Shown piece by piece: positions 1 through 8,835 of a DNA stretch of 64,000 nucleotides. The position numbers and the translations under genes are program-made. Numbering within the stretch: position 1 is the first letter of the stretch; every line of letters begins with the position of its first letter. Under the pieces are notes generated by a model. The model did not search any database and had not been told where the DNA came from. It saw nothing but the letters and a program-made list of their open reading frames with translations. This DNA comes from a bacterium (lineage in GTDB: Bacteria; UBA8248): the NCBI GenBank assembly GCA_965261085.1, contig OZ253442.1, positions 320,001 to 384,000 on the forward strand, read 5' to 3'.

Positions 1-27
1 GAAATCTCCCGCCTGAGCGATCTGACC

Positions 28-950
28 ATGAATCAGAGGATGAACATGCCTATCGAAAAAGTCGATGGATTCTATTTTCACCCCGACTCGCGTGATCGCG
101 TCCTGGCGCAGCGCTATGCGGACCGGGCCAAAACGCCCTGGACGCCGATGGAAAAACCGCTCGAACAATGCAAGGTCACCTTGGTCTCCACGGCCGGCAT
201 TTTCATGAAGGACGACGTCTCCTTTGATTATGAGAGAGAACACCGCGAGGGCACCTGGGGCGACCCCACCCACCGGGAGATTCCCAAAACGGCGGGGCAG
301 CACGACGTGGCGTATTCCCACCTGCACGTCGACACCTCGTTCATGGCTGAGGACAGAAACGTGGCCTGGCCGGTCGACATCTTTTTCGATTTCGAGAGGG
401 AAGGAAAAATCGGCGCGCTGGCCGATACGCTGTATTCCATCATGGGCTACATCCCGAATTTCAGCCCGCTGGTGAAGCGCACGGCACCTCTGATGATCGA
501 GAAGATGAAGGAAGGGGGCGTGGACGTGGCTTTTCTCTACCCGGTCTGACCCTTGTGCAACCGGTCCGGCGGACTGCTTCAGCGCGAAATCGAAAAGGCG
601 GGCATTCCCACCGTCATCATCTCCACGTGCCAGAAACCACCGAGCGTGTCTGCGTGCCCAGAGCGGTGTTCGTCCAATATCCCTTCGGACGTCAACTGGG
701 CCTCGTGGGCGATTACGACGGCCAGCGCAGGATTTGCGAGGACATGGCGAGGGTGCTGGAAGAAGCGCAGTCACCCAACGACTACCGGCACCTGCCCTAT
801 GAGTGGCCCGAGCCGCCCGAGACCACCAAATGGCGTCCGGATGTACCGCCTCCCATCTTCGCCATCCGGCAGGCCAAAGAGGGTGGACACAATCTGATGG
901 ATGATTTCAAGGACGAGGAGCGGGCCGCGTATTCGGACACCAGTCGCTAG
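28..950 (+). CDS. Glycine/sarcosine/betaine/D-proline reductase selenoprotein B (PrdB/GrdB-like); Sec at TGA 547-549; apparent -1 frameshift at ~630
   Basis: ORF 28..549 has LVSTAG and family-like sequence. Read-through gives YPV-U-PLCNRSGGLLQREIEKAGIPTV. The family C-terminus (ETTERVCVPRAVFVQYPFG) is in the frame of ORF 555..950, joined by one extra C at 630-631. Confidence 0.85.
563..575 (+). promoter_or_regulatory. Candidate bacterial SECIS hairpin
   Basis: GGTCC-GGC-GGACT stem-loop starting 14 nt after the in-frame TGA, with G in the loop. Confidence 0.5.
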
Positions 951-960
951 CAAAAGGCCC

Positions 961-996
961 GGAGCGCGCCGTCGGCCTTACCGCGCGCTCCTTTTA
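961..996 (+). terminator. Rho-independent terminator
   Basis: GGAGCGCGC...GCGCGCTCC stem followed by TTTT, between convergent genes. Confidence 0.65.
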
Positions 997-1007
997 TGAC
1001 CCCCAAA

Positions 1008-2417
1008 TTACGCTTTTTCCAGCCTGGCGAAATTGAGATAAAACCGCCCGTCTACCTCCGTGCGCGAGAGGGTTTGCGCAAAATCTTTGGATTCAACCCG
1101 GTAAATCTGCTCTTTTCCTCGCGCTCTGGCAACCTCGGTGAGCGCCTCTCCATCGAGACCCTCAGGCGGCTTTTTCCCTATGAGAGAGAGTATCGTGGGA
1201 GCCAGGTCTATGTTGCCCGTCGGCGCGTCCACACGCGCGCCCGCCGGAAAACTGGGTCCTTGGGCAATCAGGAAATTACAAAGTTCATACGGGCTGCACG
1301 AGCCGTGCGTTCCGCCGCTTCCCTTGTTGTTGGCCGATGAATATCCCCAGCCCGGAAGTGCGCCCTCGCGCTTCTCACCTCGCAAGAATCCATCGCCCCA
1401 CTGAAAGCCCATGAGCAAATCGGGCGCGCGGGGTCCGCCGCAGCCCACTAGCCTTAAGGACATCGTTCCCGGCAGCGCGCCCGCGGCTCCTTCGCCGCCT
1501 TTTGAAAACAAAGGCCCCGCCCAATCCTTCGTCCGCAAAAACGCGACAAGCTCCAAAAGCGTTTTTTCCGATTCGGCGTAAAAAAGGGCGGCCCCCTCGC
1601 TGTGCGCCACCTGCCACCTCTCACCGCGGCCCGGGAGGTCTGCGAGTTCGGCTTCCAAATCGATCATTCCCGCCGTCGCCACCACTCCGTGGTCCGAGAA
1701 CAAAAGAAGATTCGTCTGCAATAAATCATCGCGCTCTTTTCTCAGCCTCTCCCAGAACGCGCCGAACAACCGATCCACTCCCGTAAGCGCTTCGAGATAA
1801 CCCGCCCCGGCGGCGCCTTGGTGATGCTGGGTGCTGTCCGGCTCGCTCAGGTGAACCACGAGCACGGCAGGTTCTAATTCGGGGATCACGTAATCGAGCG
1901 CGAAATCGAGCGCCCAAGCGCAGCGCGCAAGGTCGGGTTCACCGGCGGCGGGGATTTCTGCCGCCTTCTCGAATTTTCCGCGCCATTCAGCGGGATGCGT
2001 CGCCTTTGGATGGATCAGACACGCAGGCCGGCCCGCGTTCCAAAGCCAAGCGGAACCGCTCGACGCAGCACTTATGATGACGCCGCCGCCGAGACGCTCG
2101 AAAAAAGTGTCCCGCAAGAGAAGACGCCCGCCCAGGGCGCGCTCCCAGGCGAGGAGGCTCTCGTAGCGGCCCGTGGTGATGGTTTCGCCCAACTCGCGCG
2201 CGAAGAGCGAATTTCCCGGCAGGCCGTGCTTTTGGGGGTAGACGCCGGTGGCGAGGCTCGAGACGCAAACCCTCGTCGAAGTGGGAAACACGCTGCGGTG
2301 ATTCTGAAACCACGTGCCTCGCTCCGCCGCTGCCAGGAGATTCGGCGTTATCTGCTCACTCAAAGCGTCCGCGCGCAGACCATCGAACTGAATTGCGATG
2401 ACTCGTGGCGAGGCCAT
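1008..2417 (-). CDS. Alkaline phosphatase superfamily protein (NPP/phosphodiesterase type)
   Basis: FDGLRAD, FPTST nucleophile motif, EPDSTQH, SDHG, GTHG, GNIDLAPTI. Confidence 0.85.
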   Translation of the reverse strand: MASPRVIAIQFDGLRADALSEQITPNLLAAAERGTWFQNHRSVFPTSTRVCVSSLATGVYPQKHGLPGNSLFARELGETITTGRYESLLAWERALGGRLLLRDTFFERLGGGVIISAASSGSAWLWNAGRPACLIHPKATHPAEWRGKFEKAAEIPAAGEPDLARCAWALDFALDYVIPELEPAVLVVHLSEPDSTQHHQGAAGAGYLEALTGVDRLFGAFWERLRKERDDLLQTNLLLFSDHGVVATAGMIDLEAELADLPGRGERWQVAHSEGAALFYAESEKTLLELVAFLRTKDWAGPLFSKGGEGAAGALPGTMSLRLVGCGGPRAPDLLMGFQWGDGFLRGEKREGALPGWGYSSANNKGSGGTHGSCSPYELCNFLIAQGPSFPAGARVDAPTGNIDLAPTILSLIGKKPPEGLDGEALTEVARARGKEQIYRVESKDFAQTLSRTEVDGRFYLNFARLEKA

Positions 2418-2435
2418 CCGTTCCTCATCCCGCAA

Positions 2436-2470
2436 AAGAAAAGCGGCGGGGGATTCCGCCCCCGCCGCCT
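2436..2470 (-). terminator. Probable terminator after nitrile-hydratase-like genes
   Basis: GCGGCGGGG/CCCCGCCGC stem with a T-rich tail on the minus strand. Confidence 0.5.
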
Positions 2471-2489
2471 GGAAAGATCGTGCCCCCGA

Positions 2490-3251
2490 TCAGGTGGCCT
2501 GTCCCGCCGCCTGTGTGGCTTTTTCGAGTTCCTCGGGCGTTAGGGGATCGCCCACGCCGATCATCGAATCGCGCGTTACGAGCTGGAAGAGTTGCGCTTC
2601 ACTCCAGTCTTCGGTTCCCTTCGGACGCTGGGGGATGATGAGGTAGCGGCAGTCCGCGTTCGAGTCGATGACGATGAGTTCCACATCATCAGGCGCCTCG
2701 AAGCCCATGTCCTTGAGGGTGCCCCTCGGGTCCGTTACGGCTTTCGAGCGATAGGGGAAGCTCTTGTACCAGGTGGGGGGCTGTCCGAGGATTTGCCTCG
2801 GGTAGCACGAACACAGCGTGCACACCACCATGTAGCGGGTCGTGTCGGTATTCTCGAGAGCCACCACGCGGTTGATGCCCGTGGTATCGACGCCCATTTC
2901 GGAGCAGGCGGCGTCCGCGTCCGCCAGGAGCCTTTCCTTGAAGCCCTCATCCACCCAGGCGCGCGCGATGATGCGCGAGCCAATAGCGGGGCTTTGGCCG
3001 TAAATCTCCTCCACCGCGCGCCTCATCTCATCGGTCGTGAGAATGCCCTTCTCGCGGAGGACGCTCATCAGGGCCATCATGCGCACCTGGTAGTAGTCCA
3101 GATCGTGCTCCACCTGGGTTACGGCCCCCTCGCGGTAGGCGTCGTCGGACTGCATGCGCGCGTTGTGCGCCGCGGGGTCCTGACTGTAGGTGTGGGGATG
3201 GTCGCCGTGGTGGTGAGTATGTCCGTTGTGATGATCGTGAGAGTGCGCCAT
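2490..3251 (-). CDS. Co-type nitrile hydratase alpha / thiocyanate hydrolase gamma-like subunit with His-rich N-terminus
   Basis: VCTLCSCY metal-binding motif, IIARAWVD, WYKSFPYRS, VTRDSMIG; GAGGAG RBS before ATG 3251. Confidence 0.9.
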   Translation of the reverse strand: MAHSHDHHNGHTHHHGDHPHTYSQDPAAHNARMQSDDAYREGAVTQVEHDLDYYQVRMMALMSVLREKGILTTDEMRRAVEEIYGQSPAIGSRIIARAWVDEGFKERLLADADAACSEMGVDTTGINRVVALENTDTTRYMVVCTLCSCYPRQILGQPPTWYKSFPYRSKAVTDPRGTLKDMGFEAPDDVELIVIDSNADCRYLIIPQRPKGTEDWSEAQLFQLVTRDSMIGVGDPLTPEELEKATQAAGQAT

Positions 3252-3290
3252 GGTGTGCTCCTCGTTCACGGGGGCGCCGGCGGATTCGTT

Positions 3291-3578
3291 CTAGACCGGC
3301 TCCAGCCAATGTTCATAAATTTCGATATAGATTTTGTCCTGTTTTTTCCCCGCCTCGTGATCCCACAGATCGTTGATGTCGAACTCCACCCAGTAGAGTT
3401 CCCTGAGCGGCAGGCCGTCGCCGCCGTAGGCGAGATTTTCCGGGTTTTTGTATTTGCCGAAATAGCGGTTGACCACCCCGGTCTTTCCCTTCACGAAATA
3501 TGTCGTTCGATGATGGCCGTCGGGGTACATCTCCTTGATGCGCACCCTGTCGCCCATGCGGAACCGGGTTTCCTCCAT
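3291..3578 (-). CDS. Nitrile hydratase beta C-terminal (SH3-like) / thiocyanate hydrolase alpha-like subunit
   Basis: RFRMGDRVRI..GHHRT..VKGKTG..NPE.LAYG..Y.VEF...LW...EIYEHWLEP; adjacent to the alpha subunit. Confidence 0.88.
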   Translation of the reverse strand: MEETRFRMGDRVRIKEMYPDGHHRTTYFVKGKTGVVNRYFGKYKNPENLAYGGDGLPLRELYWVEFDINDLWDHEAGKKQDKIYIEIYEHWLEPV

Positions 3579-3659
3579 CAGAACATCCCCTTCTCAGTTG
3601 GAACGACTCGACAAAGAGAACATTTCAATTTTACACCGCGAAGACTCTTTGTCCAGTCC

Positions 3660-4676
3660 CTATATTTTAAGCCCATAAACGCGCCGGGCGTTACCCGTGA
3701 GAATCATCTCCTGCTCGGACTCCGAGAGCCGGTTCAAGCCCGGAATATCCCGTGCGGGCTGGTGATAGCCCATATCCGCCGGATAGTCCGTGCCGTACAG
3801 AATCCGCTCCGCTCCCAGCGTTTTGGCCGCAAATTCGAAGGCGTCCGCGTTGTGGATGATGGTGTCGTAGTAAAAACGGCCAAAATACTCCTCGGGGTCT
3901 TTCGCGCCATAGACCTTGGGTTCTCTGCGCTCGCCGTAGCCGTGTTGCCAGCGGCCCCGAATCCAGGGCACGAAACCGCCTACGTGGGAGAGATAGAAAT
4001 TCAGTTTCGGGAACCTGTCCATCACGCCGCCGAAGATGAGGCACGCCACCGCGATGGTGGTGTCGAGCGGGTTTCCGATGAAATTCCTCAAGTAGAAATC
4101 CTTGAGACGATCCTCTGAACCAAGCACGTTCGTGGGATGCACGAACACGGGCATATCGAGCGCCTCGGCCTTGGCCCAGAAGACGTCAAGTTCCCGATCG
4201 TCGAGGTTCTTCCCCGCCACGTTCGAGGCGATCATCACGCCGAGGTGGCCGTTCGCCTTCGCACGCGCAAGTTCGTCCGCCGCGGCCTCGGGCGCCTGAA
4301 GGGGCGCCGTGGCCATGCAGGAGAATTTGTCGGGATACTCCCTCGCCAGCGCCGTCAGGCCGTCGTTCAGCGAGGCGGCCAACTCTTTGTTCGCCTCCGC
4401 TTCGAGCGTGTAGAGCGTCATGGCGGGGCCGATGGAGAGCACCTGATGCGCGACGCCCATGCGCTCCATGTCGGCGAAGCGCGACCCCAATTCATAGTAA
4501 AGGGGAGTGAGCTTGTTCCTGAGTTCCGTCTCTCGCCCCAGAACTTTTCCTCGGGTGATGAGCCACTCGCCTTGCGCGTCGGCCTCTATCGTCGCCGTGC
4601 GGCCGAAGCGGCCCGCGCGCACATCCGCAATAAAACCCTCGGGGTAGATATGGGTATGGGGATCGATCGCCGTCAT
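3660..4676 (-). CDS. Amidohydrolase-2 family protein (ACMSD-like decarboxylase/hydratase)
   Basis: IDPHTH, FVHP, SHVGG, YGTDYP. Confidence 0.85.
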   Translation of the reverse strand: MTAIDPHTHIYPEGFIADVRAGRFGRTATIEADAQGEWLITRGKVLGRETELRNKLTPLYYELGSRFADMERMGVAHQVLSIGPAMTLYTLEAEANKELAASLNDGLTALAREYPDKFSCMATAPLQAPEAAADELARAKANGHLGVMIASNVAGKNLDDRELDVFWAKAEALDMPVFVHPTNVLGSEDRLKDFYLRNFIGNPLDTTIAVACLIFGGVMDRFPKLNFYLSHVGGFVPWIRGRWQHGYGERREPKVYGAKDPEEYFGRFYYDTIIHNADAFEFAAKTLGAERILYGTDYPADMGYHQPARDIPGLNRLSESEQEMILTGNARRVYGLKI

Positions 4677-4760
4677 CTTCTTCTCTATCTCTGCTGGGGG
4701 GAGGCCCACTCGGGCCTCCTCACCGCATATTTGTCGAGTTGCTTTCGCCGCCGCAAGCTC

Positions 4761-5777
4761 TTACACATCCAGTTTGTAGAGCTTCTTCACGTTTCCGTAG
4801 AGCATTTTTTCCTGATCTTCTTCCGAGAAGCGCGAAAGCCCCGGAATTTCCTTCGCCCCGGCCAGATAGCCCATGTCGAAGGGATAGTCCGTACCGTAGA
4901 GAATCTTGTCCACGCCGAGCGTCTTCACGGCGAACTCGAAGGAATCCGCGTTGTGGATGATGGTGTCGTAATAAATCTTGCCGAAATACTGCTCGGGATC
5001 TTTCGCGCCGTGCACCTTGGGTTCTCTGCGCTCGCCGTAGCCGTGCTGCCAGCGGCCCCGGATCCAGGGCGTGAAGCCGCCCACATGCGAGACCAGAAAC
5101 TTGATGTTCGGGAAGCGGTCGAACACGCCGCCGAAGATGAGGCAGGCGATGGATATCGTGGTGTCGAGCGGGTTGCCGATGAAGTTTCTCAGGTAATAGT
5201 CCTTGAGCCTGTCGTTGACGCCCATGACGTCCACCGGATGAATGAAAATCGGCACGTCGTGCTCGCACGCTTTGGCCCAGACGACGTCGAGCGCGGGGTC
5301 GTCCAGGTTCGTCCCCGCGACGTTCGAGCCGATCTGGCAGCCCAGATGACCGTTTTTCACCGCGCGGTCGAGTTCGGCCGCCGCCGCTTCCGCGTCCTGG
5401 AGCGGAATCTGCGCCATGCAGAGAAAACGCTCGGGGTGTTCTTTCGTGAGTGCGGTGAGCGCATCGTTCAAAGATGTGGAGAGTTCCCTGTTCAGGCCCG
5501 CGTCGAGCGCATAGTGCGTCATCGGCGGAACGACGGAGAGAATCTGTATGTCCACGTTCTGGTTGTTGTCCATGTCGCTCAGGCGCATTTCGACGTCATA
5601 GGTTTCCTTCGGCAGCGGGTTCTTGTGAATCCGCTCTTCGCCGAGGACGGTGCTTTTCGTGACGAGTTGCTCCCACGGATCGCCTGCTTCGATGGTGACG
5701 GCGTCGCCGAAACGGCCTTGGCGCACGTCTTCTATGAAACTCTCGGGAGCGATGTGGGCATGGGGGTCGATGATCAC
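4761..5777 (-). CDS. Amidohydrolase-2 family protein (ACMSD-like), paralog of the neighbouring gene
   Basis: IDPHAH, FIHP, SHVGG, YGTDYPFD. Confidence 0.85.
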   Translation of the reverse strand: MIIDPHAHIAPESFIEDVRQGRFGDAVTIEAGDPWEQLVTKSTVLGEERIHKNPLPKETYDVEMRLSDMDNNQNVDIQILSVVPPMTHYALDAGLNRELSTSLNDALTALTKEHPERFLCMAQIPLQDAEAAAAELDRAVKNGHLGCQIGSNVAGTNLDDPALDVVWAKACEHDVPIFIHPVDVMGVNDRLKDYYLRNFIGNPLDTTISIACLIFGGVFDRFPNIKFLVSHVGGFTPWIRGRWQHGYGERREPKVHGAKDPEQYFGKIYYDTIIHNADSFEFAVKTLGVDKILYGTDYPFDMGYLAGAKEIPGLSRFSEEDQEKMLYGNVKKLYKLDV

Positions 5778-5903
5778 CGGAACTTCTCCTTATCGGTACG
5801 TGAATGAGGAAAACCTGTTTTCAGAAAAAAGATTTTTGGAATTTTCGAGGGCCGATTATGCACATTTTGCCGCCGCCACGCCAGAGCGCGGGGCCTTGCG
5901 CCG

Positions 5904-7133
5904 TTAAAACGCCTTGTCGATCACGATTCGCACGTCCTTGGCTCCCACCCGCACGGGGCGCGCCGTGCGGCCTTCCAGATCGCCTGCGCCGGCGGGACCC
6001 GCCGAACCATCCGCGTCCAGGCGCGCTGCGAGCGAAACCATTCCCTCGAAAGGAACGCCGGGAATCATCACGTTTCTCTTTGATATCTCAAACGCCAGCG
6101 GGAACCTCGGATTCGCCACGCGCACGACCGCCAGCGGGGGACCTCCTCCACCCTTGCGCGCGATCAAAAACAAGACGGGCTTGCCCCCGGTCTTGGAGCG
6201 CAAGGCGGGAGCAACCTCGATGGTGCCCGAAATCACTCCTTCTTTCCCTTGTGTCTGAGCGGGTTTTCTCTCCCCTGCTCCTTTTACCTCTTGCGCCAAA
6301 AGGATCTCCACATCGCGCGCGCCCACCTGAACCGGCCCGCGAGTGCCGCCGAAAATATCGCCCGCCTGCGTCCCGACCTTTCCGTCGCCATCGAGCTTGG
6401 CGATGAGGCTGACCTCACCTGCGAACGCCACCCCCTGGAGCATCACGTTTTGCTCGCTCATGGTGAACTCCAGGGGAAAGCTGGGATTGAGAATCCGCAT
6501 GACCGCCAGGGGCGGGCCGGGCTGCTTACCACGCGCGATGATGAAAATAGCCGTCTTGCCCTTCGCCTTTTCCGCCAGTGCGGGGGCGACGCGAACCACG
6601 CCGCGAATCGTCTTGCCACTCGCGGTGGGTGGCTTTGCCTGCGAAGACGAGACCGGCTTTGGAAGAGATTTTTTCACCACCTTCGGTGGGGGCGCGGTAC
6701 CGATTTTATCGATCACCATGTCCACGTTCTTCGCACCCACGGTAACCACGCCGGAGGTCCTCCCCTCGAAATCACCTTTGACCAGTGGCCCGGGGACGCC
6801 ATCCGCATCGAGGCGGGCGCGCACGCGGACACGGCCGGCAAATTTCTGCCCGCGAATCATCACGTCGTCTTTTGTGATGACGTAGCTATAGGGAAACCTC
6901 GTCTCCACGAGACGCTGCACGGCCAGGGGCGGGCCACCTCCCTCGCGCTCCAGTATGATGAAGAGCGTGCGCGTGCGCCACGCCTTTACAGGCAGCTTCC
7001 CGCTCATCCGAATGACGCCCGAGACGGATTTTTCCGGCGGGCCGAGTGCGGGCAGCAGATCGCAACCACCCAGAATCAATGAGAAACAAATCGACGCAAG
7101 AGCGACGCAGGAATTTTCGAATATGCGCATCAT
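5904..7133 (-). CDS. Predicted lipoprotein with three tandem CycH/CcmI C-terminal-like Ig domains
   Basis: Lipobox-like LILGGC; three repeats of SG.I...LFI.AR...GPPLAV.R...FP..F.....VM..G..F.G.V...ARLDADG...GD..G. Confidence 0.7.
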   Translation of the reverse strand: MMRIFENSCVALASICFSLILGGCDLLPALGPPEKSVSGVIRMSGKLPVKAWRTRTLFIILEREGGGPPLAVQRLVETRFPYSYVITKDDVMIRGQKFAGRVRVRARLDADGVPGPLVKGDFEGRTSGVVTVGAKNVDMVIDKIGTAPPPKVVKKSLPKPVSSSQAKPPTASGKTIRGVVRVAPALAEKAKGKTAIFIIARGKQPGPPLAVMRILNPSFPLEFTMSEQNVMLQGVAFAGEVSLIAKLDGDGKVGTQAGDIFGGTRGPVQVGARDVEILLAQEVKGAGERKPAQTQGKEGVISGTIEVAPALRSKTGGKPVLFLIARKGGGGPPLAVVRVANPRFPLAFEISKRNVMIPGVPFEGMVSLAARLDADGSAGPAGAGDLEGRTARPVRVGAKDVRIVIDKAF

Positions 7134-8065
7134 GGGCTTTTCCCTGGTGAGTTCGCCCGTAAAAAGGCTTCCACCTCGTTCAGGCGGGGAATCGCGGCCC
7201 TTCCCCCGAGAGCGGTGCAGTTCATCGCGGCGACCGCGTTTGCGAAGCGCAACGTATCCTCAAGACCCATCTTTCGCAATACGCCGTACAAAAACCCGGC
7301 ATGAAACGCATCCCCCGCCCCCGTGGTATCCACCACATCCACGTGAAAGCCCGGCGATACATAAAACCGCGCTCCATCGTATGCGAGCGCGCCGCAACCA
7401 CCCAGGGTGACGCCCACCACTTTGGGCCCCATCGCGTGCAGCAAGCGCAAGGCTTCGCGGTGATCGGAAACGCCGGTGAGCAGAGCGGGGAAATCCTCCG
7501 CCGCCATCAGGTAATCCGTGAGTCCGATGAGTTCTTCGATTCCCTCGGGCGCGCGCTCCGCATCCAGGAACACAGGCGCGCCCTCCTCGCGCGCCCACCG
7601 GGCGGCCAGGATTTCCGCCTCGATTTGGTGGCCGTCCAAATGCAGGGAGCGGCCTGCTCTCACAACCTCCTCGCGCACATCTTCGGGAGCCAGTGAGACC
7701 TCGCGCCGCCACAGAATCGTCCGCGAGCCTTTCTCCTCCTCGTCGCCTTCTTGCTGCACGATGATCAGGGCGAACTGGCTCGCGCGTCCTTTCTGGGTGA
7801 TGACGCCGTCTACGTTCACGCCCTCCGCCTTCAAACTCGCAAGAGAAAACGCGCCCGTCTCATCGTCACCCACCGCGCCGATGTAGGCCGCGCACAAACC
7901 CAGACGCGCCAGCGCCACCATTGCCGTCGCCGCCTGGCCGCCACCCTCGCGCGCCATCTCCAGAATCCCGCTCTTGGTGTTGGCCTGCGGATACTCATTC
8001 ACCACGCAGAACTGATCCACTGAATTCAAGCCGATTCCCACGACGTCGAATTTTTTCTGCGTCAT
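7130..8065 (-). CDS. PfkB family carbohydrate kinase
   Basis: GGGQAATA, GAVGDD, VVDTTGAGDAF. Confidence 0.9.
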   Translation of the reverse strand: MTQKKFDVVGIGLNSVDQFCVVNEYPQANTKSGILEMAREGGGQAATAMVALARLGLCAAYIGAVGDDETGAFSLASLKAEGVNVDGVITQKGRASQFALIIVQQEGDEEEKGSRTILWRREVSLAPEDVREEVVRAGRSLHLDGHQIEAEILAARWAREEGAPVFLDAERAPEGIEELIGLTDYLMAAEDFPALLTGVSDHREALRLLHAMGPKVVGVTLGGCGALAYDGARFYVSPGFHVDVVDTTGAGDAFHAGFLYGVLRKMGLEDTLRFANAVAAMNCTALGGRAAIPRLNEVEAFLRANSPGKSP

Positions 8066-8082
8066 GAAAGGAAGTTTCCGCT

Positions 8083-8835
8083 TCAGATGAATTCGCGCAG
8101 GCGAACACCTTCGGGGTCTGCGGCGCCGAGTGCGGCGCGCTCGGCGGCGGTGGGTTCCGGCGTGGTGGGCACAGGTTCCAGATCGCCCAGGTCGAATCCC
8201 GTGGCCGCACGCAAGGCATCGGGCGTCACATCCTGGTGAATCGACTTGACCCGGAGGCGGCCATCCACCTTTTCAAATATGCACAAGGGAGTCACGACCC
8301 CCTCCACGTTGCCCGAGGCGGTCACGAAATCGCAACGCTCCGGAAAGCTCCTCGCGTCGTGCACCGTCCGCCAGAGCACAGTGCGCCTGGCCGTGGGCAG
8401 AATATGCGCACTGCCCGCACCACCCGGAAGGCGCACCTTGGGTGCCGCAGGATCCCCGATGAAGGAGAGGTTCATGTCACCGCGCTCGTCGATTTGCGCT
8501 CCACCCAGGAACGCCAGGTCGAGCTTGCCGCGAGCGGATAGATCAAAGATTTCCATCAAGTTGAAATAGGAAAGCGCGCCTTCCATGAGCTGCCGCGCCA
8601 CCGTGGAGCCCGGAAGATAGGAAGGCCTGGGGTCCACGCCGCCCGGTATGTTCAGATAGGTCAGGTTCGGCGCATGGGTTTTCCGGGCCATGACGATCGC
8701 CGACATCGGCAGCGGAGAGGCCACGCCGTGGAATACGAGTTCCCCATCGCGAATGAATCTGGACAGGAAAACCGCCATCTTATCGGCGAGGGCGCACACC
8801 TCCTCGGACGCGCCTTCACGCAAGTCGACGCTCAT
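8083..8835 (-). CDS. Class I CoA-transferase-like beta subunit (GctB/IpdB-like)
   Basis: FLGGAQIDERG, RLPGGAG, CDFVTASG; ATG 8835 overlaps the stop of the alpha subunit (ATGA). Confidence 0.85.
   Translation of the reverse strand: MSVDLREGASEEVCALADKMAVFLSRFIRDGELVFHGVASPLPMSAIVMARKTHAPNLTYLNIPGGVDPRPSYLPGSTVARQLMEGALSYFNLMEIFDLSARGKLDLAFLGGAQIDERGDMNLSFIGDPAAPKVRLPGGAGSAHILPTARRTVLWRTVHDARSFPERCDFVTASGNVEGVVTPLCIFEKVDGRLRVKSIHQDVTPDALRAATGFDLGDLEPVPTTPEPTAAERAALGAADPEGVRLREFI

Noticed and set aside
2592-5807. Long plus-strand ORFs (508 aa and 556 aa) and many similar antisense ORFs across the window
   Set aside because: They are shadow frames of well-supported opposite-strand genes in GC-rich DNA and show no recognisable motifs
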